64,000 nt of DNA from an uncultured Candidatus Poseidoniales archaeon (lineage in GTDB: Archaea; Thermoplasmatota; Poseidoniia; Poseidoniales; Thalassarchaeaceae). A program made the position numbers and the translations under genes. How positions within the stretch are numbered: position 1 is the first letter of the stretch; every line of letters begins with the position of its first letter. The DNA lies in NCBI GenBank assembly GCA_964401115.1, contig CAYNXD010000052.1, positions 14 to 64,013 on the forward strand, given 5' to 3'. The notes below the pieces were generated by a model. The model was given only the letters and a program-made list of their open reading frames with translations. It did not search any database and was not told the origin of the DNA. This document shows, in pieces, positions 19,677-30,084 of this stretch.

Positions 19677-21740
19677 GTGAGAGCCCTTCGGAGGGGCATG
19701 GGATGGCGGAATCTGCAGCAATTCGTGGCCGCTCTTGAGGACGGCAATGAAGTTCTTAGAATCAAGCGTCCTGTTGATGTCGAATTGGAAGCAGGATGCA
19801 TTGCAGATAGAATTGTCAAAATAGGCGGTAAAGCCGTAATCTTTGAACAGCCAAAGCTCCCAAACGGAGAAATTTCTAAAATTCCGTTGGTGATGAATCT
19901 CTTTGGTAGTCACGATAGGGTCAAATTAGCACTGGGTGTCGAAAGGTTGTCAGAAATAGGAGACCGTTTGGTTGGAATGATGAAGCCTGACGTAAACGCC
20001 ATAGCAAAGAAACCATGGAAAGGTATCTCTCTAGCTAGACAAGGTTTGAGAATGGCGCCAAAGCGTGTCAAGAAAGGCGCTTGTCAAGAAATAGTAATGG
20101 AAACGCCCGATTTGACTACACTACCAATTCCGAAAACATGGCCTAATGATGGGGGGCAATTCATTACCCTTCCACTTGTAATTACAAAGGACCCCGTTTC
20201 AGGAGAACAAAATCTTGGAATGTATCGTTCCCAAATTTATGGCCCGACAGAATGTGGACTACATTGGCAAATGCATAAACATGGTGCTGATCATGCTGAT
20301 TCTAGCAAAGAAAATTCTGAACAAATCCCCGTTGCTATTTGTTTAGGTGGGCCGCCTGAATTAATTTTCAGTGCTATTTCTCCACTTCCAGACAATCTTT
20401 CAGAATTTATGTTTGCTTCATTTCTTGGAAATCAAAGAATACACATGGTGAAAGCCAAGACTCAGGACCTAATGGTACCAGCAGAGGCTGAAATTGTAAT
20501 CGAGGGCTACTGCATCCCTGGTGAAACTAGAACTGAAGGTCCATTTGGCGATCACTTTGGTTTGTATAGTCTCGAAGGGGATTATCCGGTAATGCACGTA
20601 ACTGCCATTACCCATCGTTCTGAACCCATGGTACCAATGACCATTGTAGGATTGCCCCCCATGGAAGATGGATATCTAGGAGAGGGGATTGCTGATGCAT
20701 TCCTGCCAGTATTAAATTTTCAGCACCGTGACGTTGTGGATTTATTTACCCCACTTGGAACAGGATTTCATAACTTAGCAATTATCTCATCAAAACAACG
20801 CTATCCTAGACAAGCACGGAAAACATGTCTAGGGCTTTTGGGGGCCGGGCAGTTAATGTTCTCAAAAATCTCAGTTGCTGTTGATCCAGATCATCCAGTG
20901 AAAGATTTGAATGCACTCCTTGATTCGCTACATGAAAAAGTTGATCCTGCCTCAGATTTAATTTCAATTCCTGGTTTAGTTGCCGATACATTAGATTCAT
21001 CATCCCCTTGGGAAAATGTGCATGACAAACTTCTAATTGATGCAACAACCATACCCATAGCAGATCCTCGTAAAGGTGGTGTTGGGCTCCCACGTGGTAC
21101 TAGTTATGACAGTACTCCTGATTGGAGGAGAGGATTAATTGAAGCGCCAGGAGTTTCAGTTGATTTCTGTGCTAGAGTTAGAGCATTAGATTCTGTCTCT
21201 GAAGTTCTCCAACTCAGACCATCTATGCTAGTAATTACTACTAAAATTGATGATTCGCCCAGCCCAATTACTGGAATGGAAGCAATTCTTGACCCTTCTT
21301 CATGGGCTATTCAAGTTGAGGCAAGTCGGGCGCAGAGACAGAAAATTTTTCAATTGATGAATTCAATTTGGCAATTGGAAGAATCCGAGAACTTAAGATG
21401 GCTATTTATTACTGATGATGATGTAAAACTGCATTCTGCAGGAGTAAATAGAAAACTGCTCTGGCAACTGACTGTAAGATTTGACGTTGGGAGAGATCTC
21501 CACTTTGATTCAGAGAGAAAGAGAATATGTTGGGACGCCACCACCCCTATACCCCACCCAGGGCGCCGCGCATTGGAAGAGGCTGGGCAACAAATTTCTG
21601 CACTTGACCCAATTTATCCAATAAGAAGTTGGCCTGCGCTAACATTACACAACGCAGCCACCCTTACCAAGGTAACCAATATGGCTGGTTATGATGGATA
21701 TGAGCAAAGGGCTTGGGAACCTAATGTCACAAGGTGGTAA
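19677..21740 (+). CDS. UbiD-family (prFMN-dependent) decarboxylase with ~200-aa C-terminal extension
   Basis: N-terminal LRIKRPVDVELEAGCIADRIVKIGGKAVIFEQPK resembles the UbiD signature; protein is 687 aa versus ~490 for canonical UbiD. Confidence 0.6.
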   Translation: MRALRRGMGWRNLQQFVAALEDGNEVLRIKRPVDVELEAGCIADRIVKIGGKAVIFEQPKLPNGEISKIPLVMNLFGSHDRVKLALGVERLSEIGDRLVGMMKPDVNAIAKKPWKGISLARQGLRMAPKRVKKGACQEIVMETPDLTTLPIPKTWPNDGGQFITLPLVITKDPVSGEQNLGMYRSQIYGPTECGLHWQMHKHGADHADSSKENSEQIPVAICLGGPPELIFSAISPLPDNLSEFMFASFLGNQRIHMVKAKTQDLMVPAEAEIVIEGYCIPGETRTEGPFGDHFGLYSLEGDYPVMHVTAITHRSEPMVPMTIVGLPPMEDGYLGEGIADAFLPVLNFQHRDVVDLFTPLGTGFHNLAIISSKQRYPRQARKTCLGLLGAGQLMFSKISVAVDPDHPVKDLNALLDSLHEKVDPASDLISIPGLVADTLDSSSPWENVHDKLLIDATTIPIADPRKGGVGLPRGTSYDSTPDWRRGLIEAPGVSVDFCARVRALDSVSEVLQLRPSMLVITTKIDDSPSPITGMEAILDPSSWAIQVEASRAQRQKIFQLMNSIWQLEESENLRWLFITDDDVKLHSAGVNRKLLWQLTVRFDVGRDLHFDSERKRICWDATTPIPHPGRRALEEAGQQISALDPIYPIRSWPALTLHNAATLTKVTNMAGYDGYEQRAWEPNVTRW

Positions 21741-21741
21741 T

Positions 21742-22680
21742 ATGGGCGTCAAGAAAATACTTGAGTTTGTTAAGATTGAACACACCCTTTTCTCCCTACC
21801 CTTTGTGCTAATTGGATATATCCTTGCCCACAATCAATTCATTGATGATATCCCTGTTAGTGATTTGGGGTGGTTAAGAATGGATTTATTTTGGATTCTA
21901 ATCGCTGCAGTAGGGGCTCGTGGCCTTGCCATGTCTCTAAATCGCATCATTGATCGAGATGTTGATGCTGCCAACCCTAGAACTGCAAACAGACATTTAG
22001 TATCGGGAGATATGTCGATGCAAACTGCTTGGACTCTATCTGCAATATTCCTTGGTATGCTACTTTTGGGTGCTTGGCAACTCAACCAAGTTGCGCTGAT
22101 GATGGCTTGGCTTCCTGTTTTGGTATTCATTATCTACCCATATACAAAACGTTACACTTGGCTATGCCACTTGTGGCTAGGACTATGTCTAGGTCTTGCA
22201 CCAGCTGGAGCGTGGGTTGCTGTGGCAGCAGACGTCCATGGGTGGGCCGCAATTACCGGGATACACGACACATCTACCGACCTGCTTTGGTATCCAACCA
22301 TTTTCTTTATCTCTCTAGGAGTAGCACTATGGATAACCACCTTCGATATCAACTATGCACGTATGGATGTAGAGAGTGATCGAGAAAATGGAATTCATTC
22401 TTTCCCTTCTCGATTCTCAGAGGAAACAACTACTAGAACATCTGTACAACTAACTCTGTTATGGTTCGCATGTTTCGCGATATCTAATCCCATGGATGAA
22501 ATTTGGTTCCTAGGGGCTGCGGGTCTGATGGCAATTGTGAATATAGCTGTCATACTGGGCAGGGAGAAATTTGCTGATTTCCAAACTATACTATTCCGCG
22601 TTTCCATGCTGACTGGATGGATTCTTCTAGTGGCAATTATATTAATGGAACCGGATAAAGGACTAATGCTAGAGGACTGA
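21742..22680 (+). CDS. UbiA-family aromatic/polyprenyl prenyltransferase
   Basis: Motif NRIIDRDVDAANPRTANRHL (NxxxDxxxD) and 8-9 TM helices. Start chosen at the internal Met (MGVKK) that abuts the upstream stop; the listed frame begins at 21691. Confidence 0.7.
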   Translation: MGVKKILEFVKIEHTLFSLPFVLIGYILAHNQFIDDIPVSDLGWLRMDLFWILIAAVGARGLAMSLNRIIDRDVDAANPRTANRHLVSGDMSMQTAWTLSAIFLGMLLLGAWQLNQVALMMAWLPVLVFIIYPYTKRYTWLCHLWLGLCLGLAPAGAWVAVAADVHGWAAITGIHDTSTDLLWYPTIFFISLGVALWITTFDINYARMDVESDRENGIHSFPSRFSEETTTRTSVQLTLLWFACFAISNPMDEIWFLGAAGLMAIVNIAVILGREKFADFQTILFRVSMLTGWILLVAIILMEPDKGLMLED

Positions 22681-22689
22681 GGTGATGAA

Positions 22690-23418
22690 ATGGTGAAATT
22701 AGCAGTAATCACCGGTGGAAGTAGAGGTATTGGAGCCGCCACATCTAGGCGTCTAGCTGCTGAGGGCTACAGACTAATTATCACATATCATACAGATTCT
22801 CAATCTGCTGAAAATGTCATATCAGATGTAAGAGATTTTGGGTGTGATTGTGTCGCAGTAAAAGTAGACTGCTCTGATACTGGCGAGGTGATGATTCTTG
22901 CAGATCACCCATGGGTGCGTGAAGGTGTTGACGCACTGGTATTGAATCATGCAATGTACGAACGAGTGAAGGCCGAGGAGCTGACTCATGAAGCACTTGA
23001 AAAAACAATGAATGTCAATTTTACTGGCTCTTTTTTGGTTTGGAAAGCGCTTTCACCATTCCTTTCGAAATCTGCAGGCATAGTAGTTTTGGGAAGTCAA
23101 TTGGGATTGAAAGGCACAGCAACTGGAGCAGATTATTCTGCCTCAAAAGGTGCCCTGCACGCTTGGGCAAGATCATTGGCAATTGATGTCGCTGAAATAG
23201 GACAGAGAGTAAATGTAATTGCACCAGGAACAATCGATACAGATCTTGTTGCAGAAGATACCCCCATTAAAAGAAACCAGAGAGAATTGGGAATCCCAAT
23301 GAGGAGATTGGGTCAGCCAGAGGAAATTGCCAGTGTAGTTTCATTCCTCTTGTCAGAAGACTCTAGTTACATAACTGGGGCCGTACTACACGTGAATGGT
23401 GGCCTATACCGGCCATAA
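22690..23418 (+). CDS. short-chain dehydrogenase/reductase (FabG-like)
   Basis: TGGSRGIGAA cofactor motif and YSASKGAL catalytic Tyr-x3-Lys. Confidence 0.8.
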   Translation: MVKLAVITGGSRGIGAATSRRLAAEGYRLIITYHTDSQSAENVISDVRDFGCDCVAVKVDCSDTGEVMILADHPWVREGVDALVLNHAMYERVKAEELTHEALEKTMNVNFTGSFLVWKALSPFLSKSAGIVVLGSQLGLKGTATGADYSASKGALHAWARSLAIDVAEIGQRVNVIAPGTIDTDLVAEDTPIKRNQRELGIPMRRLGQPEEIASVVSFLLSEDSSYITGAVLHVNGGLYRP

Positions 23419-23446
23419 TCAAGGACAATGAATTCAAGGGGATTTC

Positions 23447-25846
23447 ATGGCTGATGATACGATTGACCCTTTTGATCTATCCAAAGCGATATCTGGCGCC
23501 GCTATTGGAAGGTTAGACCCCACCATTTCTTGTTTCCGTTTGAACGCCGATTATGCCCCTGCTGGTGACCAAAATCAAGCAATTGAAAAAATAATTTCTC
23601 AATTGCAAAATTCACAAGAACGTGCAGTATTGTTAGGAGTAACAGGTTCAGGTAAAACATTCGCCATGGCCCATGTTATTGAGCAACTAAACATCCCCAC
23701 TCTAATTCTTAGCCATAACAAAACATTAGCTAGGCAATTGTGGCAAGAAATGTCTTCACTTTTTCCAGAAAATGCTGTTGAATATTTCGTTAGTCATTAC
23801 GATTACTATCAACCAGAAGCATACCTCCCTAAACGCGATTTGTACATTGATAAAGAGATGCAAATGAATGAAAGAATCGAGCAAGAAAGATTTGCTACTG
23901 TTGCATCGCTCGTCTCTCGACCCGATGTAATAGCAGTCGGAACCGTTTCATCAATATATGGTTTAAATCCACCAGAAACTTTTCTCAAACAGCATGCAAG
24001 AGTGCATGTTGGTCAAGCTATAGAACCATTGGATTTAGTTAAACAACTTGTTGAACTTCAATACCAAAGAGTGACGGGCGAAATTGGTCGTGGCGAAATA
24101 CGTTGTAGAGGTGAAGTTGTTGATGTTTGGATGCCAAGCAGAGATGATCCACTTAGGATTTGTTTTGACTTTGATGGAATTACTAGAATAGATGTATGTG
24201 AAGCAGTGTCATGGGAAACGATAGACGAATTAGACGAGGCATGGATCCACCCTAAAGAATTCTTTATGACCAGCCCAGAACGATTTCGTCAAGCGATGGA
24301 AGATATTGCATTTGAATTGAGTGAAAGAACACATGTACTCGAAAGTGAAGGAAAGGAAATGGAAGCACATAGATTAGAAACCCGCACAAATTTTGATTTA
24401 GAAATGCTATCTGAAACTGGCCATTGCAAAGCAATAGAAAATTATTCTATGCATTTTGACGGGAGAACATATGGAGAGCGCCCCTTCTGCCTTCTAGATT
24501 TCTTAGCTGCTTCAGCAAAGCAATTTCATGGAGATGAAAAGAAATTCCTTGTCATCATGGATGAAAGCCATGTTACATTACCTCAACTAAAAGGGATGTA
24601 TGCCGGAGATAAAGCTCGTAAAGACTCGTTAATTGAACACGGTTTTAGGCTACCTTCGGCAGCCGATAATAGGCCATTAATCATCAATGAATTTCAGAAA
24701 TTGGTACCTCAGATGATATATGTTTCAGCAACACCGGGTGAGAGAGAACTGCGTCATCTTGCAGAGGTAACTGAACAAGAAATACCTAGGGAATTGTTGC
24801 ATGTTCCAGGCGGTGGTGGAGTATATGAGCCCGAGTTATTGAAACCTAAACGCTCTCCTAGTTTGCTAAATACATTGCAAAAAATCAAGGGGGTTGTGAG
24901 AATGGAAATACGACCCACCGGCTTACTAGACCCAAAACTAGAGGTTCGTCCAACTGAGGGACAAGTTCAAGATTTGCTAGATGAAATCAACGAATGTGTC
25001 AAAAATAATGAGAGGGTTTTGGTTACTGTCCTTACAATTAAATTCGCAGAAGAGGTATCTGAATATTTACAACGTACTGGAGTTAAATCCCATTATTTAC
25101 ACTCAGAAATTGATACCATTGAGAGATCTGAAATTATCAAGGCCTTGCGACTTGGCCATATAGATGTCATCGTAGGAATAAATTTGTTAAGAGAAGGACT
25201 TGATATCCCAGAGGTCTCTCTTGTTGCTATTTTTGATGCTGATAGACAAGGATTTTTGAGGAACGAACGTTCTTTACTGCAAACTATTGGAAGAGCATCA
25301 CGTAATGAAAATGGACGTGTTCTGATGTATGCCGATTCCATTTCAGATGCCATGAAATCTGCGATAACTCAAACAGTTGAAAGACGTGAAAGGCAACAAG
25401 ATTTCAATGTCAAAAATCAAATAACACCAAAAACTATCCAAAAAGCACTCCCAGTTATGGGAATTGAAACCGAACAATTGCTTTCGGGAACTTCTGGAAA
25501 GGGGAGCTCTGGTGGGAAAAGATTCGTTGGTGGTGCTTCAGGACAAATTGGAAAAATTAGAGATGAACTAGACATTGCCAAGAAATTTAATCTCGGGTCA
25601 GATGGTTGGGAATCAATTGATAACACCCTCTCTAGAGTGAGTCAGCCAGCGTGGGCTGAAGTTTCAGAATCCCATCTTTCACCTAATACGAATGATGATC
25701 TCAATACTGAACCAAATGTGGAACTAGATAGATTAGTCGTGAGGCTTCAAAAGGAAATGAAAATAGCTGCAAGCAGACTTGAGTTTGAGAAGGCTGCCCA
25801 ATTGAGAGATCGAATTTTCCAATTGGAAAATGCGGGAATGACCTAA
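23447..25846 (+). CDS. uvrB: excinuclease ABC subunit B
   Basis: GVTGSGKTF Walker A, YDYYQPEAY beta-hairpin region, helicase motifs, C-terminal UVR domain LQKEMKIAASRLEFEKAAQLRDRI; 799 aa, longer than typical. Confidence 0.9.
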   Translation: MADDTIDPFDLSKAISGAAIGRLDPTISCFRLNADYAPAGDQNQAIEKIISQLQNSQERAVLLGVTGSGKTFAMAHVIEQLNIPTLILSHNKTLARQLWQEMSSLFPENAVEYFVSHYDYYQPEAYLPKRDLYIDKEMQMNERIEQERFATVASLVSRPDVIAVGTVSSIYGLNPPETFLKQHARVHVGQAIEPLDLVKQLVELQYQRVTGEIGRGEIRCRGEVVDVWMPSRDDPLRICFDFDGITRIDVCEAVSWETIDELDEAWIHPKEFFMTSPERFRQAMEDIAFELSERTHVLESEGKEMEAHRLETRTNFDLEMLSETGHCKAIENYSMHFDGRTYGERPFCLLDFLAASAKQFHGDEKKFLVIMDESHVTLPQLKGMYAGDKARKDSLIEHGFRLPSAADNRPLIINEFQKLVPQMIYVSATPGERELRHLAEVTEQEIPRELLHVPGGGGVYEPELLKPKRSPSLLNTLQKIKGVVRMEIRPTGLLDPKLEVRPTEGQVQDLLDEINECVKNNERVLVTVLTIKFAEEVSEYLQRTGVKSHYLHSEIDTIERSEIIKALRLGHIDVIVGINLLREGLDIPEVSLVAIFDADRQGFLRNERSLLQTIGRASRNENGRVLMYADSISDAMKSAITQTVERRERQQDFNVKNQITPKTIQKALPVMGIETEQLLSGTSGKGSSGGKRFVGGASGQIGKIRDELDIAKKFNLGSDGWESIDNTLSRVSQPAWAEVSESHLSPNTNDDLNTEPNVELDRLVVRLQKEMKIAASRLEFEKAAQLRDRIFQLENAGMT

Positions 25847-25855
25847 ACTGATTAA

Positions 25856-26776
25856 TTGAAATCTGCGACCCATGTGAGGCAATACATGGGGAAGCGTCTT
25901 GAGATTGTAATAATGACTCGCGGCCCAGAGTTATACAGTACTACTAGATTAGCCGCAGCAACTCGCAGAGCTGGCCATGGAGTAAGTTATCTTAATCCAA
26001 CTAGGTGTACTATTGATCTTTCACCAGATGGCGCAACTGTACTATACAATGGAGAGAAGATTGTTCAACCAATGGACTGCATTGTTCCAAGAATTGGGGC
26101 TTCAATAACTCGTCATGGATTAACAATATTAAGACAGTTCCAAGCTGCTGGCATAACAACACTAAACCACAGTAACGGAATAGGTGCTAGCCGAGACAAA
26201 TTAAGAGCATTACAACGGTTTGCATCATCTGAATTACCAATTCCAAGAACTGCTTACGCTAGAGGCGCTGCCGATTTACACCATTGTATAGAGACGGTTG
26301 GTGGCACCCCTGTTGTTCTAAAATTATTAGAGGGCACCCAAGGAGTTGGGGTAATGCGTTGTGACACTGTTGCGAGTGCTGAATCTGTGATTGATGTATT
26401 GGCTAGATTGCATCAACCAATTATTGTTCAGGAATACATTGCTGAATCAAAAGGTTCCGACATCAGAGCTATTGTAGTTGGTGATAAAGTAGTTGCTGCT
26501 ATGCGCAGAACCGGAAAAAGTGAAGATTTTCGAAGTAATATCCACAGAGGGGGGACTGGCGAGAAGGTCGAGTTAGAGCCGGAAATAGAAAAAATCTGTA
26601 TCGATGCTTGTAAAGTTCTTCGACTACGGTTTGCAGGAGTGGATTTATTGGAGTCTAATCGTGGCCCACTACTAATGGAGGTTAATTCATCCCCTGGCCT
26701 AGAGGGGATTGAAAGGGCAACTGGAGTAGATATCGCAAATGAAGTGATTACTGAAATTGAACGGATGTGTTCCTGA
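25856..26776 (+). CDS. RimK-like ATP-grasp alpha-L-glutamate ligase
   Basis: RimK-like N-terminal RLEIVIMTRGPELYSTTRL and ATP-grasp core; possible alternative start at 25886 (MGKRLEIV). Confidence 0.6.
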   Translation: MKSATHVRQYMGKRLEIVIMTRGPELYSTTRLAAATRRAGHGVSYLNPTRCTIDLSPDGATVLYNGEKIVQPMDCIVPRIGASITRHGLTILRQFQAAGITTLNHSNGIGASRDKLRALQRFASSELPIPRTAYARGAADLHHCIETVGGTPVVLKLLEGTQGVGVMRCDTVASAESVIDVLARLHQPIIVQEYIAESKGSDIRAIVVGDKVVAAMRRTGKSEDFRSNIHRGGTGEKVELEPEIEKICIDACKVLRLRFAGVDLLESNRGPLLMEVNSSPGLEGIERATGVDIANEVITEIERMCS

Positions 26777-26815
26777 CCGTTGCTTTCATGATTAATTGGC
26801 TATTCGGGTGTAATC

Positions 26816-27817
26816 ATGGTAGAGCCGAACGACTTCGATCTTCCCGTGGAAGATTACAAATTCTCTAGCATAACTAGCCCATCTACTCTGATAGACCAAA
26901 TGGCAAAGGCCGGTGGATTCACTGCAACGAAACTAGCCACCGCTAGAGACGTACTGATTTCAATGTTTAAAGGACTAGACGATTCCAATAATTCGAACGA
27001 GAAAAACAGTCACCTAAATTGGCTATCTTTTCCAGCTTGTCTTTGCGCAACTGGGACTAGAGGATTCTTTGTTGAATCTATAAAAAGAAGTCGATTTAAC
27101 GTAATTGTAACAACGTGTGGAACGCTTGATCATGATATTGCCCGAACTTTTAGAGACTACTACCACGGAGCATTTGAACTCGATGACATTGAGCTTGGAG
27201 AAGACGGATTGAACCGGCTTGGAAATGTAATTGTGCCCAACGCAAGTTATGGTGATATCATAGAAGAAATCTTGATGCCAATGCTACAAGAAATTGATGA
27301 GGAGCGGAGAAAAGAAAATCCAGAAAATCCTTGGGCTGGTTTTGGTAGTGTGGAACTTTGTTGGGCAATTGGTGACAGAATAGAAAATGAAAATAGCCTA
27401 CTACACTGGGCAGCTAGGAATCGAATACCAATTGTAATCCCTGGTATTTACGATGGTTCTGTAGGGGCACAACTATTCATGCATCGACAAAGAGCTGGTG
27501 ATTTTAATTTGGATCTTCTAGCAGATCAGCAACTACTCTCAGACATGGTTTGGACTGCAGATTCTTCACACGCGTTGATGATTGGTGGAGGGATTTCGAA
27601 ACATCATGTCATTTGGTGGAATCAGTATCGTGGTGGGTTAGATTCTGCAGTACAAATCACTACAGCACCCGAGCATGATGGTTCGTTATCTGGGGCCCGG
27701 TTACGCGAAGCAATTAGTTGGGGGAAAGTTCGAGCTGACGCAGCCCAAATTGTAGTTGAAGGAGATGCTTCCTTGCTGTTACCACTGTTAGGTGCTAGCC
27801 TCTTTGCAGAGGAATAA
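26816..27817 (+). CDS. dys: deoxyhypusine synthase
   Basis: C-terminal GARLREAISWGKVR matches the conserved DHS EAVSWGKI segment; GGGISKHH region; length 333 aa. Confidence 0.7.
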   Translation: MVEPNDFDLPVEDYKFSSITSPSTLIDQMAKAGGFTATKLATARDVLISMFKGLDDSNNSNEKNSHLNWLSFPACLCATGTRGFFVESIKRSRFNVIVTTCGTLDHDIARTFRDYYHGAFELDDIELGEDGLNRLGNVIVPNASYGDIIEEILMPMLQEIDEERRKENPENPWAGFGSVELCWAIGDRIENENSLLHWAARNRIPIVIPGIYDGSVGAQLFMHRQRAGDFNLDLLADQQLLSDMVWTADSSHALMIGGGISKHHVIWWNQYRGGLDSAVQITTAPEHDGSLSGARLREAISWGKVRADAAQIVVEGDASLLLPLLGASLFAEE

Positions 27818-27832
27818 ACCTACTAAATAGCA

Positions 27833-28522
27833 CTACGGTAATTGATGAGCAATGCTTTCCATCAAACCGATTCTAAATGGAACCACAGGGTGCCATCCGT
27901 TTAATCCAGCCTTTTGGCAAGCGGTATGAAGTGGGCCAAGGTTAGGCCTAGGTGGTGAAACTATTGGCTCGATATTAGGTTCAAAAATTTTCAAATTATC
28001 TAATTGAAAAGTCTTTGATTCCGCTGCTTTCACTCTTTTGAAAAGCATCTCTAATTCACTTGACATCGCTTCATGGCTCCAGCAACGCCTGCCACTAACA
28101 TCAATCACGCCATTCGGTAGATTAGCAAATAACACCGAAATCATATCTACTACATCGCGGACATGAATCCAGTACCTTGCATCACCTTGAGGTCTTTCCC
28201 CAATAGGGTTATTCAACCACAAAATTTGGTGTTCTATTTCCTTTGGCCCCCACCCCCCAGAACCACTAGGAATGTACAAGTCATGCAACACCAATTCACA
28301 ATGAACCTCACAAGGGTATGGATTACTTGTTGAGGGGCGGTTTACTAATTCACATTCTACTGCTGGACCTGAATGCCAGCAGACGATGTGGACGCCATCG
28401 GGCGAATCTGTATTGATTTCTATTCTCTCAAGTCTCTCTTTTAATGACAAAAAGAAACCATCTTCTTCTCCTTGAAGGGTTACCATATTTGGCATCGTCC
28501 CACCTCCCATGTACTTTGACAT
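27833..28522 (-). CDS. NAD-dependent epimerase/dehydratase-like protein lacking the N-terminal Rossmann motif (possibly degenerate)
   Basis: Segment GDARYWIHVRDVVDMI resembles the RDFIHVDDVV segment of extended SDR epimerases; no GxxGxxG upstream; tightly packed between neighbours. Confidence 0.4.
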   Translation of the reverse strand: MSKYMGGGTMPNMVTLQGEEDGFFLSLKERLERIEINTDSPDGVHIVCWHSGPAVECELVNRPSTSNPYPCEVHCELVLHDLYIPSGSGGWGPKEIEHQILWLNNPIGERPQGDARYWIHVRDVVDMISVLFANLPNGVIDVSGRRCWSHEAMSSELEMLFKRVKAAESKTFQLDNLKIFEPNIEPIVSPPRPNLGPLHTACQKAGLNGWHPVVPFRIGLMESIAHQLP

Positions 28523-28536
28523 ATTAATTTACAATA

Positions 28537-30084
28537 TTATTGAGGATTTGGACCCCTACGTTCAGGAGAACCCATGTAGCCCACAGTATATTCAATCAAA
28601 CAACACCTAACTAAGTCAATTACCAAATCTATCTCATCGGAAGTTATACCAAAATGAGGTGTGAAACGTAGTGCATTCTTTCCTCCATGAATTACTCCTA
28701 ATCCATTCAATCTGCACCACTCTTCAACACAAACAAAGCCAAATTCATTCGCTGGAGCCACAACTGGTAGAGTTTTGGGGTCCAGTTCTATGCAGAGAAG
28801 TAAACCTGAACCCTGAACTAAAGTGATTTCATTAGGGAATTCTTTCTGTAATTTTTCAAGCTTTGAGAGAAATTCTTCACCTTTTCCAATAATGTTAGCA
28901 CGTAATTCAGGGGTTACCTTGCTGAGTACTTCTATTGCTGTTTCAAGCGCCCGAGGGTTAGTAGTCATGGTATTCCCATAAATTCCAACAACATACAATT
29001 CCGCAGCACGTTCTGATAATCCTACAACAGAAAGTGGATATTGTCCTGCATTGAGTGCTTTTGACCAAGTCTCTAAGTCAGGTACATCGGCGGATTGAAA
29101 TCCAGGATAATCAACAATTGAAAGGCACCCTTTACCACGAAACCCAGCCTGTATGGAATCAACTAACAGCATACTTCCATGTTCAGAAGTTAACCGTCTC
29201 GCTTCATCATAAAATGCTCGAGTTACAGATTGACCAGGAGACCCTTCCCCTTGTACTGGCTCTATGGCGACTAATTCAATGAAAAAGTTCTCTTCCTCTG
29301 CTCTTGAAAATGCCGACTGCAAATCTCCAACATTGTTGGGTTCAACGATAATGATGTTATCACGCTCACGGAAAGTTGCAAGATTATCTATGTATCCCTT
29401 TTTACAAGAATCTGAGATTGATGCTGGTCGTTGTGTTCTTCCATGAAATCCTTGCTTAAGCGCAATTATCTTTATCGGTTTTCCTTCATGACGGCCACCT
29501 GGACCAGTCATATTATTGGAATTTACATCAGCAATTCGCATACCTAATGTTACTGATTCAGATCCACTATTTACGCAAATGAATTTTGAAAAAGGGCAAG
29601 CACCGCGAGAATGGCCGACCTCCCTACGCAATGCATCTGCTAACTTTTTCTGGCTAAATGAAGCCGTCATCACATTTGCCATTACCCAATTTTTTGACAT
29701 TGCATTAATTACATTATCAGGACCATGTCCGCTTCCAAGCATCCCGTACCCTCCATTGTCGTGCAGAACTGCCCCGTGAGAAGTGATTATCCAAGGGCCA
29801 CGAGCAGCTATTGCAACATATGGATTAACGGTTGCAGCTGGATAGAAATTAATGAAATCAGATTGTAATGTTCGAATTAGTTCTGATTCATCCATCATTA
29901 ATAATTCAGGACCTAACTGCGCTGAATATTCTTTATGATTTTTTGATGCTTCTGAAATGGCGTCTACTAGATTCTGATCTGATGCTACAAAACGAGTGAT
30001 AACTACGTCCATTAAACCAATGGTTTGTCGTGGCCCTGAATTCATCCGAATTTCAAATAACAAATCCAACAACGGGTCTTGCAT
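28537..30084 (-). CDS. class III pyridoxal-phosphate-dependent aminotransferase with N-terminal extension
   Basis: GFHGRT motif and LLVDSIQAGFRGKG (cf. DEVQTGFGRTG) typical of class III aminotransferases; 515 aa. Confidence 0.65.
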   Translation of the reverse strand: MQDPLLDLLFEIRMNSGPRQTIGLMDVVITRFVASDQNLVDAISEASKNHKEYSAQLGPELLMMDESELIRTLQSDFINFYPAATVNPYVAIAARGPWIITSHGAVLHDNGGYGMLGSGHGPDNVINAMSKNWVMANVMTASFSQKKLADALRREVGHSRGACPFSKFICVNSGSESVTLGMRIADVNSNNMTGPGGRHEGKPIKIIALKQGFHGRTQRPASISDSCKKGYIDNLATFRERDNIIIVEPNNVGDLQSAFSRAEEENFFIELVAIEPVQGEGSPGQSVTRAFYDEARRLTSEHGSMLLVDSIQAGFRGKGCLSIVDYPGFQSADVPDLETWSKALNAGQYPLSVVGLSERAAELYVVGIYGNTMTTNPRALETAIEVLSKVTPELRANIIGKGEEFLSKLEKLQKEFPNEITLVQGSGLLLCIELDPKTLPVVAPANEFGFVCVEEWCRLNGLGVIHGGKNALRFTPHFGITSDEIDLVIDLVRCCLIEYTVGYMGSPERRGPNPQ

